A stretch of DNA of 64,000 bases from Candidatus Babeliales bacterium (GCA_050179755.1 JBFXEV010000001.1:1225994-1289993); one strand, 5' to 3'. Positions 28,936 to 38,823 are shown, counted from the first letter of the stretch. Translations and numbers: made by a program. Notes: a model not told the origin generated them from the letters alone.

Positions 28936-29844
28936 ATGAGGAGGTTGTATAGTGCGCTGCTTTTACTAGCTTCGCTTAAAGATGGTATAGAAGCAATACC
29001 GTCGCCAGCATGTTTTTCGTTATATAAACATGCAAGAAAACAAGATGAGATAATCTATCTTTTTGCCCATGGCTTACGCTCATCGCAAAATCAAGGACTT
29101 ACGCTCTTCTCTAATCATTACAATAAGCATTCGTGGATTATTCAACAACCGTTTATGTTATTTGATTTTCCGGATGCACATGAAAAAAAAGGATATTGCC
29201 GAGACGAGCATGTTAATCTTGGTCAAGAAGAAGACATTGAGCGTATGAAGTTAGCATACGAATACGCCATTAAAAAATTACCTCAAAGCGAGGGTTTTGT
29301 GCTCACCGGTATTTCGCGGGGTGCTGCAACATGCATAAATTTTGTAGCAATGCATCAACCTGAACGAGTCAAAGCGGTGGTCATAGAATCACCGTTTGAT
29401 ACCATTAAAAGTGTGGTAAATCATCTGCTTAATAGATTTAATTTGAGTTGGATGCCTTATTCTAGTGATATTGGCATGATGCTTATTGACACCAAATTTG
29501 AAAGACTAGATACTCAAGGTATTTTTCCCGTTGACCTCATTGCGCATATACCTGGTCATGTGCCTATACTTATCGTAGGTTCACATTCAGATGACGTAGT
29601 GCCTATTGCAAGCGTACGCAAATTATACACCGCGCTAAAGCGAACGGGGCATGCGCACGTATACTTACTGGAATTGTCTGCGGGCCGGCATGGGCGCCTT
29701 ATTAAGGGTGAGCAAGGGCCCTTATATGCTGCATGCGTACATGCATTTTATGAGCGCTATGGTTTGCCACATGTTCCGGAGTTAGTTGAATATGGTAGAG
29801 AAATTCTTGCCCAGTGCCAGCCTGAGGTGGTCGGTTTTTGGTAA
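28936..29844 (+). CDS. Exported alpha/beta hydrolase
   Basis: AHGL, GISRG nucleophile elbow, IESPF, DDVVP, GRHG. Confidence 0.82.
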   Translation: MRRLYSALLLLASLKDGIEAIPSPACFSLYKHARKQDEIIYLFAHGLRSSQNQGLTLFSNHYNKHSWIIQQPFMLFDFPDAHEKKGYCRDEHVNLGQEEDIERMKLAYEYAIKKLPQSEGFVLTGISRGAATCINFVAMHQPERVKAVVIESPFDTIKSVVNHLLNRFNLSWMPYSSDIGMMLIDTKFERLDTQGIFPVDLIAHIPGHVPILIVGSHSDDVVPIASVRKLYTALKRTGHAHVYLLELSAGRHGRLIKGEQGPLYAACVHAFYERYGLPHVPELVEYGREILAQCQPEVVGFW

Positions 29845-30006
29845 TTGAATTAATTAAAACCGATTTGCCCGAGCGGGCACTTATTTTCAAGAAAAGGGAA
29901 GTAAGTTGAGGGGTTGCGTAAGAAATTAAAAGAAGCTACGCTTTTTAAATAATGCTACCTTGTTCGCGTCAATAATGTGTAATGCCAAGCAAAAGGAAGT
30001 CTGCCA

Positions 30007-31005
30007 ATGAAGCGGCTTATATACATTACTCTCGTATGTTTTGTGCAAACAACATGGTGTATGGATGCATTGTGGATTGATGAAGAAGATACAATCATTC
30101 TAAATTCACTTACGCAATCAGTGCATCAGCGCTATTATTATATTGCACGCTTAAGCAAAGTACATGAGCTACTCAAAACGCTGCAGTGTACGTGCCCCAT
30201 CTTGACACAAGAATTTCAAACTCTATCATATCTTGCGCCCGAGCATCCACGCATTATACAATGCATTAACGAATTACAAACTAGCCGCACATGCGAGCCT
30301 CTTTTGGCAGTATGGCAGGAAATTAAGGCATACAAATATCTTGAGGATGAGCAATGTATTAAAGAATATTCTTCTCTTGTTTGCATTATAGCGCAACAAT
30401 TGATTACTGCATTGCAAGAGAAATTATCTGCCGATGATAAAAAAACCCTTACTATCTTGCTTAATCGAGCAACGTATGAAAACGAAGCAGTTAACTCACC
30501 TGATATTGTTTATCGTTATTATATTATAAAACGTCTTAGAAAAGTCATGCAATTACTTAAATTATATGAACTTATGCCACTTAATTGTGCGATCAGTGCT
30601 TATTTACCCGATTCTACGCACGCAAAGATTGCACAATGTGCCGATGCTATGGAAAAAAGTAACACGTTTGCTCCATTGCTTACACTTCTAAAAGAATTTG
30701 AATGCTATCAAGGACTGGAAGATGTGGCAAGCATCTATCAAATGTTACATTTAATTTTACTGGTAGAGCAACAAGTTCTTGTGCCACAGCACTTGCCTGA
30801 TGCTCATGCACGTTTTACTGCTTCTTCTAAATCAGTTGAAAGTCTTTCTGTTGAAGAACTATTAAAGTCAATTGATATCATGACAGCTCACCTTGAACCT
30901 TATGCACGTAAAGAGAAAAAAGTTGCCGCGTTACCTTCAGTATGCATGTTAGCAGCATTGGCTTGTAGCAGTTTTGTTACTTGGTATGCACTGAGCAAGA
31001 TATGA
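30007..31005 (+). CDS. Hypothetical secreted protein with two helical repeats and C-terminal TM
   Basis: RYYYIARL / RYYIIKRL repeats; paralogue of 31013 and 59719. Confidence 0.75.
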   Translation: MKRLIYITLVCFVQTTWCMDALWIDEEDTIILNSLTQSVHQRYYYIARLSKVHELLKTLQCTCPILTQEFQTLSYLAPEHPRIIQCINELQTSRTCEPLLAVWQEIKAYKYLEDEQCIKEYSSLVCIIAQQLITALQEKLSADDKKTLTILLNRATYENEAVNSPDIVYRYYIIKRLRKVMQLLKLYELMPLNCAISAYLPDSTHAKIAQCADAMEKSNTFAPLLTLLKEFECYQGLEDVASIYQMLHLILLVEQQVLVPQHLPDAHARFTASSKSVESLSVEELLKSIDIMTAHLEPYARKEKKVAALPSVCMLAALACSSFVTWYALSKI

Positions 31006-31012
31006 GGCCAAG

Positions 31013-32284
31013 ATGAAAAAAATATTTAGTATCCTTTGTATGCTAGGGCTATTACTGCCACAATATGGTAAGCCTGTATCAAACACTATTCGTGACTTGC
31101 TTGCCCAAGAACATAATCTTGATGGCAATCAGTTTTGCAACTATGTATATCGACGCTATTATTTTGTAAAACGATTGACGACTACCATGCTATTATTTTT
31201 GGATGTAGAAGATCGCATTAACAAAAATAAGTATAAAAAAATACAACTTGATAGTTTATTTGATTTTAATGATACGGCACAGTTTAAAGATATGCGCATT
31301 CAGCGATCAGTAGACGGAATGCAGCAAAAAAGAAGCCTCAAGCCGCTCTTTATGATTTGGGAAGAATTTCATAGCTATACATCTATTAAAGATCAAATTT
31401 TTGTAGAAGAATTTACCAAAGAAGTATTTATTATTTCTCGCAACATGCTCATTACATTAGCCGCGCATGACGAATTTGTTGTGGTGCCTCCTATTCGCGC
31501 TACTGCTACTGCCGAGCAACTGCTCAATGATATAGATTTTATGACCGATATGATTTATAAGTTAGAAAACAATCTCCCCATCGACGATTTGCAAGCCATG
31601 CAACAACATCGCGATGTTGATCTTCATACGTTTGCGCATATCAATGACGTTATGATGCGTTATTATGTAATCAAGCGCCTTAAAAATGCTTGTTCTCATT
31701 TACCAATTATTGCCTATTATAATCCGCGTATGAGCAAAAACATAACTTGGCATCACCCGCTTATTGTTTCATGTGTGCATGTTATGGAGCAATCGCGCGC
31801 TGTTGACCCGCTCATTGAACTTTGGGATGACGTATTGCAGTATAAATATGTGCAAGACGATTTGTTTATGCATGAATTTGCGCAACTTGTATTAGTCATC
31901 TACGCCAATGCCATGAATGAATATGCACAAAAAAATACATCTTTAACAAAAAATGCGCTTTCTACAGCAATAGCAGTCTATCAAGTAATTGATAAGCTCC
32001 CGTTACAAGAAATACTTGATGTTATAGATATTATTACGCATGACTTGCCGCCGCTTCTTGAAAAGTATGAATTTGATTCTGATATTTCATGGCGAGCATG
32101 GTTTCGTAAATATTGGTGGGCGCCGCCACTTATCGTTGCATCAATTGTAACTCATATATTACTAAATTGGGAAGCAAAAAAATTGCTTTCTGAAGCTTCA
32201 CTTGTGGTACCACCACAAAAATCTAGTATTGTGGATGATGAAGGAGATGAAAAATGGCTGGCACTGTTTTCTATGCCCATGTAA
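31013..32284 (+). CDS. Hypothetical secreted protein with two helical repeats and C-terminal TM
   Basis: RYYFVKRL / RYYVIKRL repeats; WFRKYWWAPP followed by TM. Confidence 0.78.
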   Translation: MKKIFSILCMLGLLLPQYGKPVSNTIRDLLAQEHNLDGNQFCNYVYRRYYFVKRLTTTMLLFLDVEDRINKNKYKKIQLDSLFDFNDTAQFKDMRIQRSVDGMQQKRSLKPLFMIWEEFHSYTSIKDQIFVEEFTKEVFIISRNMLITLAAHDEFVVVPPIRATATAEQLLNDIDFMTDMIYKLENNLPIDDLQAMQQHRDVDLHTFAHINDVMMRYYVIKRLKNACSHLPIIAYYNPRMSKNITWHHPLIVSCVHVMEQSRAVDPLIELWDDVLQYKYVQDDLFMHEFAQLVLVIYANAMNEYAQKNTSLTKNALSTAIAVYQVIDKLPLQEILDVIDIITHDLPPLLEKYEFDSDISWRAWFRKYWWAPPLIVASIVTHILLNWEAKKLLSEASLVVPPQKSSIVDDEGDEKWLALFSMPM

Positions 32285-33777
32285 TATGCTTGCTTATTGT
32301 CTGCGGCCTGCATGCAAAGCCAGTTACCTACGATTATGATTTGGTAGTCATAGGTGCAGGTGCGTCTGGCCTGGTAGCAGCAATTGCTGCTGCAGAAAAA
32401 GTAAAGCGTGTGGCCATTATAGAAAAAGAAGATAGAATTGGCGGTAGTCACACGTGGACGGGCGACATCCCTTCAAAAACACTTATTAATTTAGCTAATA
32501 TGTCGCATGAACTTGTTACTGCAAATAAATTTGGATTATGCGATACGCGTAACGTGCATGTGAATAGTTCTCATGTTCTTCCCTATATTCGCAGCGTGTG
32601 CCAAAAAGTGTATGATATTCACTCGCCAGATTTTTTTATTTGCAGTGAAATAAAAGTTATTCATGGTGTTGCGCAATTTGTTGATAGCCATACCATACGT
32701 ATTGATGGTACTGATCAGATCACGGCAGATAAATTTATAATTGCTACCGGTTCCACGCCAAAGATTCCACCTGTTGCCGGCATTAAATCAATTAAGTATC
32801 TCACTGCCGATACTTTTTTTAGCCGCGATACGCTACCTCTTTCAATGATAATTGTTGGCGCAGGCCCCCTTGGCACCGAAATTGCTGCAGCTCTTAATCG
32901 TTTAGGAGTAAAAGTAACGCTTATTATGAAATATGGTGTTATATTGCCGACTTTCGACTTTGAACTTGTTGAATTACTTATGGCAATCTTACACGATGAA
33001 GGTGTGACCATTCGTTGCAATGTAGAAGCGCATGAAGTGGAAGAGCAGGATGATGGTACCATTGTTTTGCATTGTGTAAATAAAAATGGCATGCGTGAAA
33101 CATATGCTGCTGACTCTCTTTTTTTGGCAACTAATCGCAGAGCACGAGTGCAAGAACTTAATTTGCAAGCAGCCGGCGTAGAAATAACAAATCGTGGCAT
33201 TACCGTAAATAAGTATATGCAAACGACAGCTGATAATATTTTTGCATGTGGCGATGTTGTTGGTCAGTATATTTTAAGCCGTGTTGCCTATTATCAGGCA
33301 AGAATTGCAGTGCAGAATGCCACGCGCCAGTGGTGGCAAAGTTACAAAAAAACGTCGTATACTGATGTTGCAAAAGTGGCATTCACTCAACCAATGATAG
33401 CGTCTACCGGGCTTACCGAGCAGGAAGCACGCAAGCAATATGGCAGCACTATTGTGATTCATCGTATCAGTTATAATTATTTATCTAAAGCACTTATTGA
33501 TAATAAGCCCACTGGTATGGCCAAATTTGTTTATGATAGTAATGGCATTCTTTTAGGGGCACATATTCTCGGCGAGCAAGCAGGTAATTTGATTGATTTA
33601 CTGAAAGTTGGTAAACGCCTTGATATACAGTTAAATGCCTATTCCTCTCATGTCTACACCAGCCCCAGTTATCTTGATTTGTTGTGGCTTGCGTTAGAAA
33701 AATATCGAGCCGAGTTCCCACCAGCTACAACAACGTGTGTGGTTTGTAATACCATTCTTGATTGGTTTGCCAATTAA
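32254..33777 (+). CDS. Pyridine nucleotide-disulfide oxidoreductase family flavoprotein (Lpd/MerA-like), atypical
   Basis: YDLVVIGAGASG, IATGS.P, GAGPLGTE, IFACGDVVG, ILLGAHILG; redox CxxxxC absent. Confidence 0.88.
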   Translation: MAGTVFYAHVICLLIVCGLHAKPVTYDYDLVVIGAGASGLVAAIAAAEKVKRVAIIEKEDRIGGSHTWTGDIPSKTLINLANMSHELVTANKFGLCDTRNVHVNSSHVLPYIRSVCQKVYDIHSPDFFICSEIKVIHGVAQFVDSHTIRIDGTDQITADKFIIATGSTPKIPPVAGIKSIKYLTADTFFSRDTLPLSMIIVGAGPLGTEIAAALNRLGVKVTLIMKYGVILPTFDFELVELLMAILHDEGVTIRCNVEAHEVEEQDDGTIVLHCVNKNGMRETYAADSLFLATNRRARVQELNLQAAGVEITNRGITVNKYMQTTADNIFACGDVVGQYILSRVAYYQARIAVQNATRQWWQSYKKTSYTDVAKVAFTQPMIASTGLTEQEARKQYGSTIVIHRISYNYLSKALIDNKPTGMAKFVYDSNGILLGAHILGEQAGNLIDLLKVGKRLDIQLNAYSSHVYTSPSYLDLLWLALEKYRAEFPPATTTCVVCNTILDWFAN

Positions 33778-33925
33778 CATGCTATCCAAACTCTTGCATT
33801 GAAAATGAATTTTGTGATGTCATAGAATTAGAAATTGTAAAAAAGTAGATCGTATGAGAGGAGGTTTAGTATATCTACTATTTTTACAACGCATAGAATA
33901 ATAGTACATTTTCAAAGGAGTAACC

Positions 33926-34621
33926 ATGTTAAGAAAAATAAGTTTAATGTTAATGCTCATCAGTGTGTATGGTGCCCAAGCAACACAAGAGGCTACTGAT
34001 CTTTTGGCAACAGCGACCTTAAGTCTCAATTGCACGGATACGGTACAAACTGCAACACAATATACTTTTTTACAAACAATTTTTTGTGATTTAAATCACT
34101 TTAAAGAATCGCTTGCAGCGGACCGCCAACTATATCAGCAATGGAATAATTCACTTGTAGATCTTGGAAACTCGTTGCAAGTGCATCACGAGCAGCAAAC
34201 AGCAGCACTTCATCAAGTCAAAAGTGCCATTTTACAATTAAAGCAGGTAATTTCACAGCAGGAACAACAAGGGCAAGATTACCTGATGACTATTAATGCG
34301 CTTTCTGAGCAGTTGTATGCTTTGCAAAAGCAAACAGATCAAGAAATTTTGGCACTTCAAAAACAACTTGATGAAACTAATCAAGAATTAGATTTACTTG
34401 AAGATGAATATGGTGAATTTATTGATGCAAGTTTTGCGCACACACAAGCTTTTTATAACATGCTGCAACTTGCAAAACAAGAATATACAGCACTTCTTGG
34501 CGAACGCACACAATTCTTTAATGCATTGCAATTATTGACTGACAAATTGCATTCACAAGATGAACAAGGAACTGCTCAAATCTATGATTTACTGGCAAGC
34601 CTTGCAGCCGATAGTAATTAA
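33926..34621 (+). CDS. Exported coiled-coil protein
   Basis: Signal peptide; Q/E/L heptad-rich; SD AGGAG. Confidence 0.75.
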   Translation: MLRKISLMLMLISVYGAQATQEATDLLATATLSLNCTDTVQTATQYTFLQTIFCDLNHFKESLAADRQLYQQWNNSLVDLGNSLQVHHEQQTAALHQVKSAILQLKQVISQQEQQGQDYLMTINALSEQLYALQKQTDQEILALQKQLDETNQELDLLEDEYGEFIDASFAHTQAFYNMLQLAKQEYTALLGERTQFFNALQLLTDKLHSQDEQGTAQIYDLLASLAADSN

Positions 34622-34630
34622 TTTGCTCAT

Positions 34631-34659
34631 AATGTAGGGGGCATTTTTGCCCCCTACAT
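34631..34659 (+). terminator. Hairpin, probable terminator
   Basis: AATGTAGGGG..CCCCTACATT after the 33926 gene. Confidence 0.6.
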
Positions 34660-34715
34660 TTTGCATCACTATTCTTTTTTGGGTATCCTAACAAGGAAAA
34701 ATAAAGAGGAAGAAT

Positions 34716-35651
34716 ATGCAGCAACAATTCACGCACACGCAACTTGATGTTTTGGCAACTTGTGAGCCTTTTTTAGCATCGCAAGATATTGCAGCCACGT
34801 CACTGATCACCTACAAACACGTACTTACTCAATTTGCCTTATGGTGCAAAGATAAAAAAATTACAACGCCTACTCGAATGACAATCTTGGAATACAAAGC
34901 GTTTCTTGAAAGTAGAAGATTAAGCGCGTTTACTAAGTCGCTCTATATAGTTCTTGTGCGTAGATTTTTTTCGTGGACGCATGAAAACAATATGTATCCT
35001 GACGTGGCGCATGGCATTAAAACCGCTCGCACCAAGCAAAAAAGCCATCACAAAGATTCGCTTTCTATTGCTGATATAAAGACATTGCTTGCTCATATTG
35101 ATCAAGGTACCTTACAGGGGCTGCGTGATTATGCGCTCATTAATATGTTAGTGCGTACAGGGCTTCGCATAAAAGAAGTGGCATCGTGTGAATTTTCTGA
35201 TATTGAGTCTCACCATGGTAGCTACCGGCTTTGGATACAGGGCAAAGGCAGGCACGGTAAAGATGAATTTGTAATTCTTACGCAAGCAACGCTTGCTCCG
35301 TTGCAAGCATATATTGCAGCGCGTAATCTCAAGCAAAACGCTCGAGCGCCCCTTTTTGCGTCGGTAAGTGACAAAAATTTTGGCAAGAAACTGACTACTT
35401 TTTCAATTTCAAGATTAATTCGGCAATATTACCAAAAAGCTGGCATTAAAACAAAACGCGTTACCGCGCACAGCTTGCGCCATACGTTTGGTGTACTCTC
35501 TATGCAAGCAGGAGCTTCGCTCCATGAAGTGCAACTTGCCATGCGCCATACCGCCCCCAGTACCACGCAAATATATCTTGGTGATATTGAACGGATTAAG
35601 CGCCTTGAAGGGGCGCCAGAGCATAAATTGAGTCAATTATTGGATACATAA
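34716..35651 (+). CDS. Tyrosine recombinase/integrase (XerC-like or phage-type)
   Basis: N-terminal SAM-like domain; RDYAL..M.VRTGLRIKE, GKG, AHSLRHTF, MRH, TTQIY. Confidence 0.9.
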   Translation: MQQQFTHTQLDVLATCEPFLASQDIAATSLITYKHVLTQFALWCKDKKITTPTRMTILEYKAFLESRRLSAFTKSLYIVLVRRFFSWTHENNMYPDVAHGIKTARTKQKSHHKDSLSIADIKTLLAHIDQGTLQGLRDYALINMLVRTGLRIKEVASCEFSDIESHHGSYRLWIQGKGRHGKDEFVILTQATLAPLQAYIAARNLKQNARAPLFASVSDKNFGKKLTTFSISRLIRQYYQKAGIKTKRVTAHSLRHTFGVLSMQAGASLHEVQLAMRHTAPSTTQIYLGDIERIKRLEGAPEHKLSQLLDT

Positions 35652-35661
35652 AGGAATTTTA

Positions 35662-36021
35662 ATGAAAAAAAGACTATTAGTTGCATTAATGGCGTGCATA
35701 GTTGTAAGTTCATCGTATATGCATGGAATGTTAATTCCTGACCCCGATGAAATCAGAAGAGTTGCTGATTTTTATGCAGATAAGCCAGTAGCTTTTTATA
35801 TGATTATGTGCTGTCCTATCTATACAGTTATTGGTCTAAATTTAGTCATAAAAGTTGCTGAAAAAGCGCCTTCTTATCAGCAAGTAAAATCAGCAATTTC
35901 TTCATGCAATTGCTGCAAAAGAATAGAAATAGCTCGCAATGAATTTATTAAAACTCAAGAAAACGGCCTTCTTGCCGCGCTATTCACAAAAGAAGAACTA
36001 ACAAGACAAAAGATGGAATGA
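35662..36021 (+). CDS. Small secreted/TM protein with Cys clusters
   Basis: Signal ..MHG|M, hydrophobic segment, SCNCCK. Confidence 0.7.
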   Translation: MKKRLLVALMACIVVSSSYMHGMLIPDPDEIRRVADFYADKPVAFYMIMCCPIYTVIGLNLVIKVAEKAPSYQQVKSAISSCNCCKRIEIARNEFIKTQENGLLAALFTKEELTRQKME

Positions 36022-36044
36022 ATGCCGCTAAATTAGGAATCGAA

Positions 36045-36410
36045 ATGAAAAAAACTTTATGTTGCTTACTCATGCTTGTGAGCTTGATCGAAACTACCTC
36101 GCTCGGTATGATGCCACTTAGTCAACAAGAATTAACAGAAATAGCACAAGCATGTGATGCGCATCCTTATGTATGCTATGCATTTTTAGGAGCTCAAGCT
36201 GTGTGTTATACAGTTTTGGCGGGCTTGGCCGTTAAAGATTATTGTTGCCCTCGTATGCCCTCATTTTTATCTTGTTGCACAGGACTAAAAAAAAAAGTTA
36301 CTGGTCTAGTTGCGCAGCAGCAAGCTGTTACCGCTCAAGCACCTTTAAAAAACCCGGGCAAAGAACGATTGTTAGCGCTTGTGGCAGCAAAGCATGAGAA
36401 ATTGCCATGA
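36045..36410 (+). CDS. Small secreted/TM protein with Cys clusters
   Basis: Start re-placed at MKKTLCC (AGGA upstream); ..SLG|M; YCCP, SCCTG. Confidence 0.7.
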   Translation: MKKTLCCLLMLVSLIETTSLGMMPLSQQELTEIAQACDAHPYVCYAFLGAQAVCYTVLAGLAVKDYCCPRMPSFLSCCTGLKKKVTGLVAQQQAVTAQAPLKNPGKERLLALVAAKHEKLP

Positions 36411-36916
36411 AAAGAATAATAACGAGCATCATAGTAGTGTGTAGCGTAGGTTGCGACTCCCCACTGTATGCCATGCAATATATGGATGCACCAAATATGG
36501 AAACGATCGCTCGTGTGTGCCAAACGCACCCCGACAGTTGTTTTAGAGATATTGTAATACCTCTTGGCATACTCGGAACTTTATTTACTATTATTGAAGC
36601 TAGCGTATATATACATGATCATATGCCTGCTATTCAAGCATGTTGCGTTAAGGCATCTTTTTTTTCTTGTTGTAAAAGCAAAAAGCAAAAGCGGCAAGAA
36701 ATGTATGATGCGCTTTTAGAAAGAATGCCCGCACGTAAAGCACGCAAAGCGTATACATTGCAAGTATTGCAAGAGGAAGTGCCGAATTCAACAAGGCAGC
36801 AACGGCGAACTGCATGTGCGCTATTACAGCAAAAAAAATGGAATCAAGGGGCAGCAATTGCTGCTGCACAGCATAAAGGAGATATTAAAGTTATTGCATT
36901 ACTAAAAAAAATCTAG
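36407..36916 (+). CDS. Small secreted/TM protein with Cys clusters
   Basis: ..LYA|M; TM; ACCVK, FSCCKSKKQKR; ATGA overlap with previous gene. Confidence 0.7.
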   Translation: MKRIITSIIVVCSVGCDSPLYAMQYMDAPNMETIARVCQTHPDSCFRDIVIPLGILGTLFTIIEASVYIHDHMPAIQACCVKASFFSCCKSKKQKRQEMYDALLERMPARKARKAYTLQVLQEEVPNSTRQQRRTACALLQQKKWNQGAAIAAAQHKGDIKVIALLKKI

Positions 36917-36993
36917 CGAATTAAGTAATGATAAGATAATTTGGTAATAATGTTAAATATTATGTAGAATTTCACTCAAACATGTATTATTCA

Positions 36994-37401
36994 TAGTCTC
37001 TGGAGCCGCTCTCGCCGCGGCCGGCGCACGCCTTTTTGGTGCCAAAAAGGGTGCAAAAACCAATTAGGGACGCTCCGCTCCCTAAGAACCCTCTCTCCCG
37101 GTGAAGACGCCTATCTCGAATTTCCCTACATGAAATTCTCACTAGACTCCACCGTTTCGTGTAAGATTTTCTTTTTTAATTTTTATAGTTATTACTGTGG
37201 ATGGAAATCAATTGGCCCACAATGTAATTTTATTAGTAGATCCTATGCGCGCTGCGTGCATACCTCGTCGTGAAACGACGCGAGGTATAGCGCTCAGCGA
37301 TCGAGCGGAGTGGTCCAGCAGAATGCTGATGCTTTTTTGCGTCCTTTTTTTGCACAAAAAAAGGCATGCGCCGGCCGCGGCGTGAGCGGCTCCAGCGATT
37401 A
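36994..37401. mobile_element. MITE with ~60-bp terminal inverted repeats
   Basis: Left CTGGAGCCGCTCTCGCCGCGGCCGGCGCACGCCTTTTT..; right ..AAAAAGGCATGCGCCGGCCGCGGCGTGAGCGGCTCCAG; GC-rich against an AT-rich background; no transposase. Confidence 0.82.
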
Positions 37402-37455
37402 GCAACCTAAACAGTAAAGACTTTTTCTAAACAAATAATAAAAAAGAAACGTTTA

Positions 37456-37550
37456 TTTTTGAGTCTTTTTTTCTGCGTCCGCCGTAGCCTTGGCGAAGGA
37501 GAATGAACAAAAAAAGTCATGCGCCGCCCGCGTAAGGACACTAGTGATAA
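37456..37550. repeat. Solo MITE-family arm with nested REP-like unit (37477-37500)
   Basis: AAAAAAAGTCATGCGCCGCCCGCGTAAGGACACTAGTGATAA is approximately the reverse complement of 11910-11951. Confidence 0.65.
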
Positions 37551-37764
37551 ATCTTGAAATGAAGCAATGGAACTTCTCTGTTGTTATATTCTCACGCATG
37601 AAGCGCTCATACTATTAGATAACAAATGAGTGTACGGCCATGCAATATATGCATATTTAAAAACATGCAATAAACAATTGAAAAATTAATCTCATACATG
37701 ATACTCTTTCAATAAGCAGGCTGCGACCTGAACAATATTTTATTACTTACACAAAGGACCCATC

Positions 37765-38586
37765 ATGAAGAACGTATCATTTACTGCAAAAGCCGCGGTG
37801 CTATTACTGGCTAGTGGAATACATCTGCATGCAATGAAAGCTCCGCAGGTCACCAGAGAAACCGTACTTGCACAAATAGAACAATTGGCGTTATCTCAAG
37901 GTAACAAAGAAGCTGCGCAATCTTATTTATCTGGTCTTGCCAGCGATATACAAAAAATAGCAACTAGTGCATCAGTTACTGCTCTGCCCACTCAAGCTGC
38001 ACAGTTGCAAGCTAGACTAAAGGAAGGTTCTGAGAGAGTAAGAAAAGCTATAAGAGAATCACGTGGCATGTTAAACCATGCAAAATTAGTTGAATTAGCC
38101 CAAACAGGTAGATTACCCCGTACTGTATCTAAGTCTGATTTTGAAGCCTATATGAAATTATATAGACCATTACCAAAGTTAGTTCTTCCAAAATCAAAGG
38201 AGCTTACAACGTTATTGGCGCAAGCATTAAAACCGATTTACCAAGCAGGCATAAAAACAAATGATATAGATGAGGCTGTGGCTATGCTCACTATGGCCTT
38301 TTATACCGCAATAAAAAATTTGGGGGCGTCAGCAACAACAGAGATGAAAGAAATATTTAATCCACAGGAAATAGCGCAATTGGTCGCGAGTGGTGGAGAA
38401 GAAGCAGTATTGTTAAAAAAATATACAGAAACAGCTGCACCTTATGTTCCTGCCTTACAATCTGCTTTAAAAGCAATTAGTGATGCTGGTAAGCAATATA
38501 AATTTGAAAGCATTTATGATGATGCAAACGCAGAGCTTGGTGATGTGTATCTACAGTGGGGGAACTTAATGCTATCAAAATTTTAA
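37765..38586 (+). CDS. Secreted hypothetical helical protein
   Basis: Signal ..LHA|M; own SD and terminator. Confidence 0.8.
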   Translation: MKNVSFTAKAAVLLLASGIHLHAMKAPQVTRETVLAQIEQLALSQGNKEAAQSYLSGLASDIQKIATSASVTALPTQAAQLQARLKEGSERVRKAIRESRGMLNHAKLVELAQTGRLPRTVSKSDFEAYMKLYRPLPKLVLPKSKELTTLLAQALKPIYQAGIKTNDIDEAVAMLTMAFYTAIKNLGASATTEMKEIFNPQEIAQLVASGGEEAVLLKKYTETAAPYVPALQSALKAISDAGKQYKFESIYDDANAELGDVYLQWGNLMLSKF

Positions 38587-38604
38587 TAGCACAGAAACTG
38601 CATC

Positions 38605-38645
38605 GTATGGGTTGATGCCAAATGGTATCAACCCATACTTTTTTT
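38605..38645 (+). terminator. Intrinsic terminator
   Basis: GTATGGGTTGATGCC..GGTATCAACCCATAC followed by T7. Confidence 0.88.
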
Positions 38646-38823
38646 ATCTACTAATTTTGTAACTCTTTTCTTTATAATTAACCCAATCTTTCAACATTAC
38701 AGATAGTAACTCTATATTGACAAAAATTGCCATTATGATATATTTTTAATGGTTACTCAAAAAATAATTAAAATTTCTCACCATTAAACATATTCACCTC
38801 AAAACTAATCGAAAGGGATTGTC

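Noticed and set aside
34716..36916. Integron (integrase plus cassette array)
   Set aside because: Genes are co-oriented with the recombinase and abut or overlap (ATGA), leaving no room for attC sites; no IntI-specific insertion recognised.
36931..36970. dif-like site (TAATGTTAAAT / TTATGTAGAAT)
   Set aside because: XerD-like arms have no XerC arm ending ATAA at 6-bp spacing; likely AT-rich chance.
37197..37405. ORFs 37197..37385 and 37208..37405
   Set aside because: Lie within the MITE; not transposase-like.
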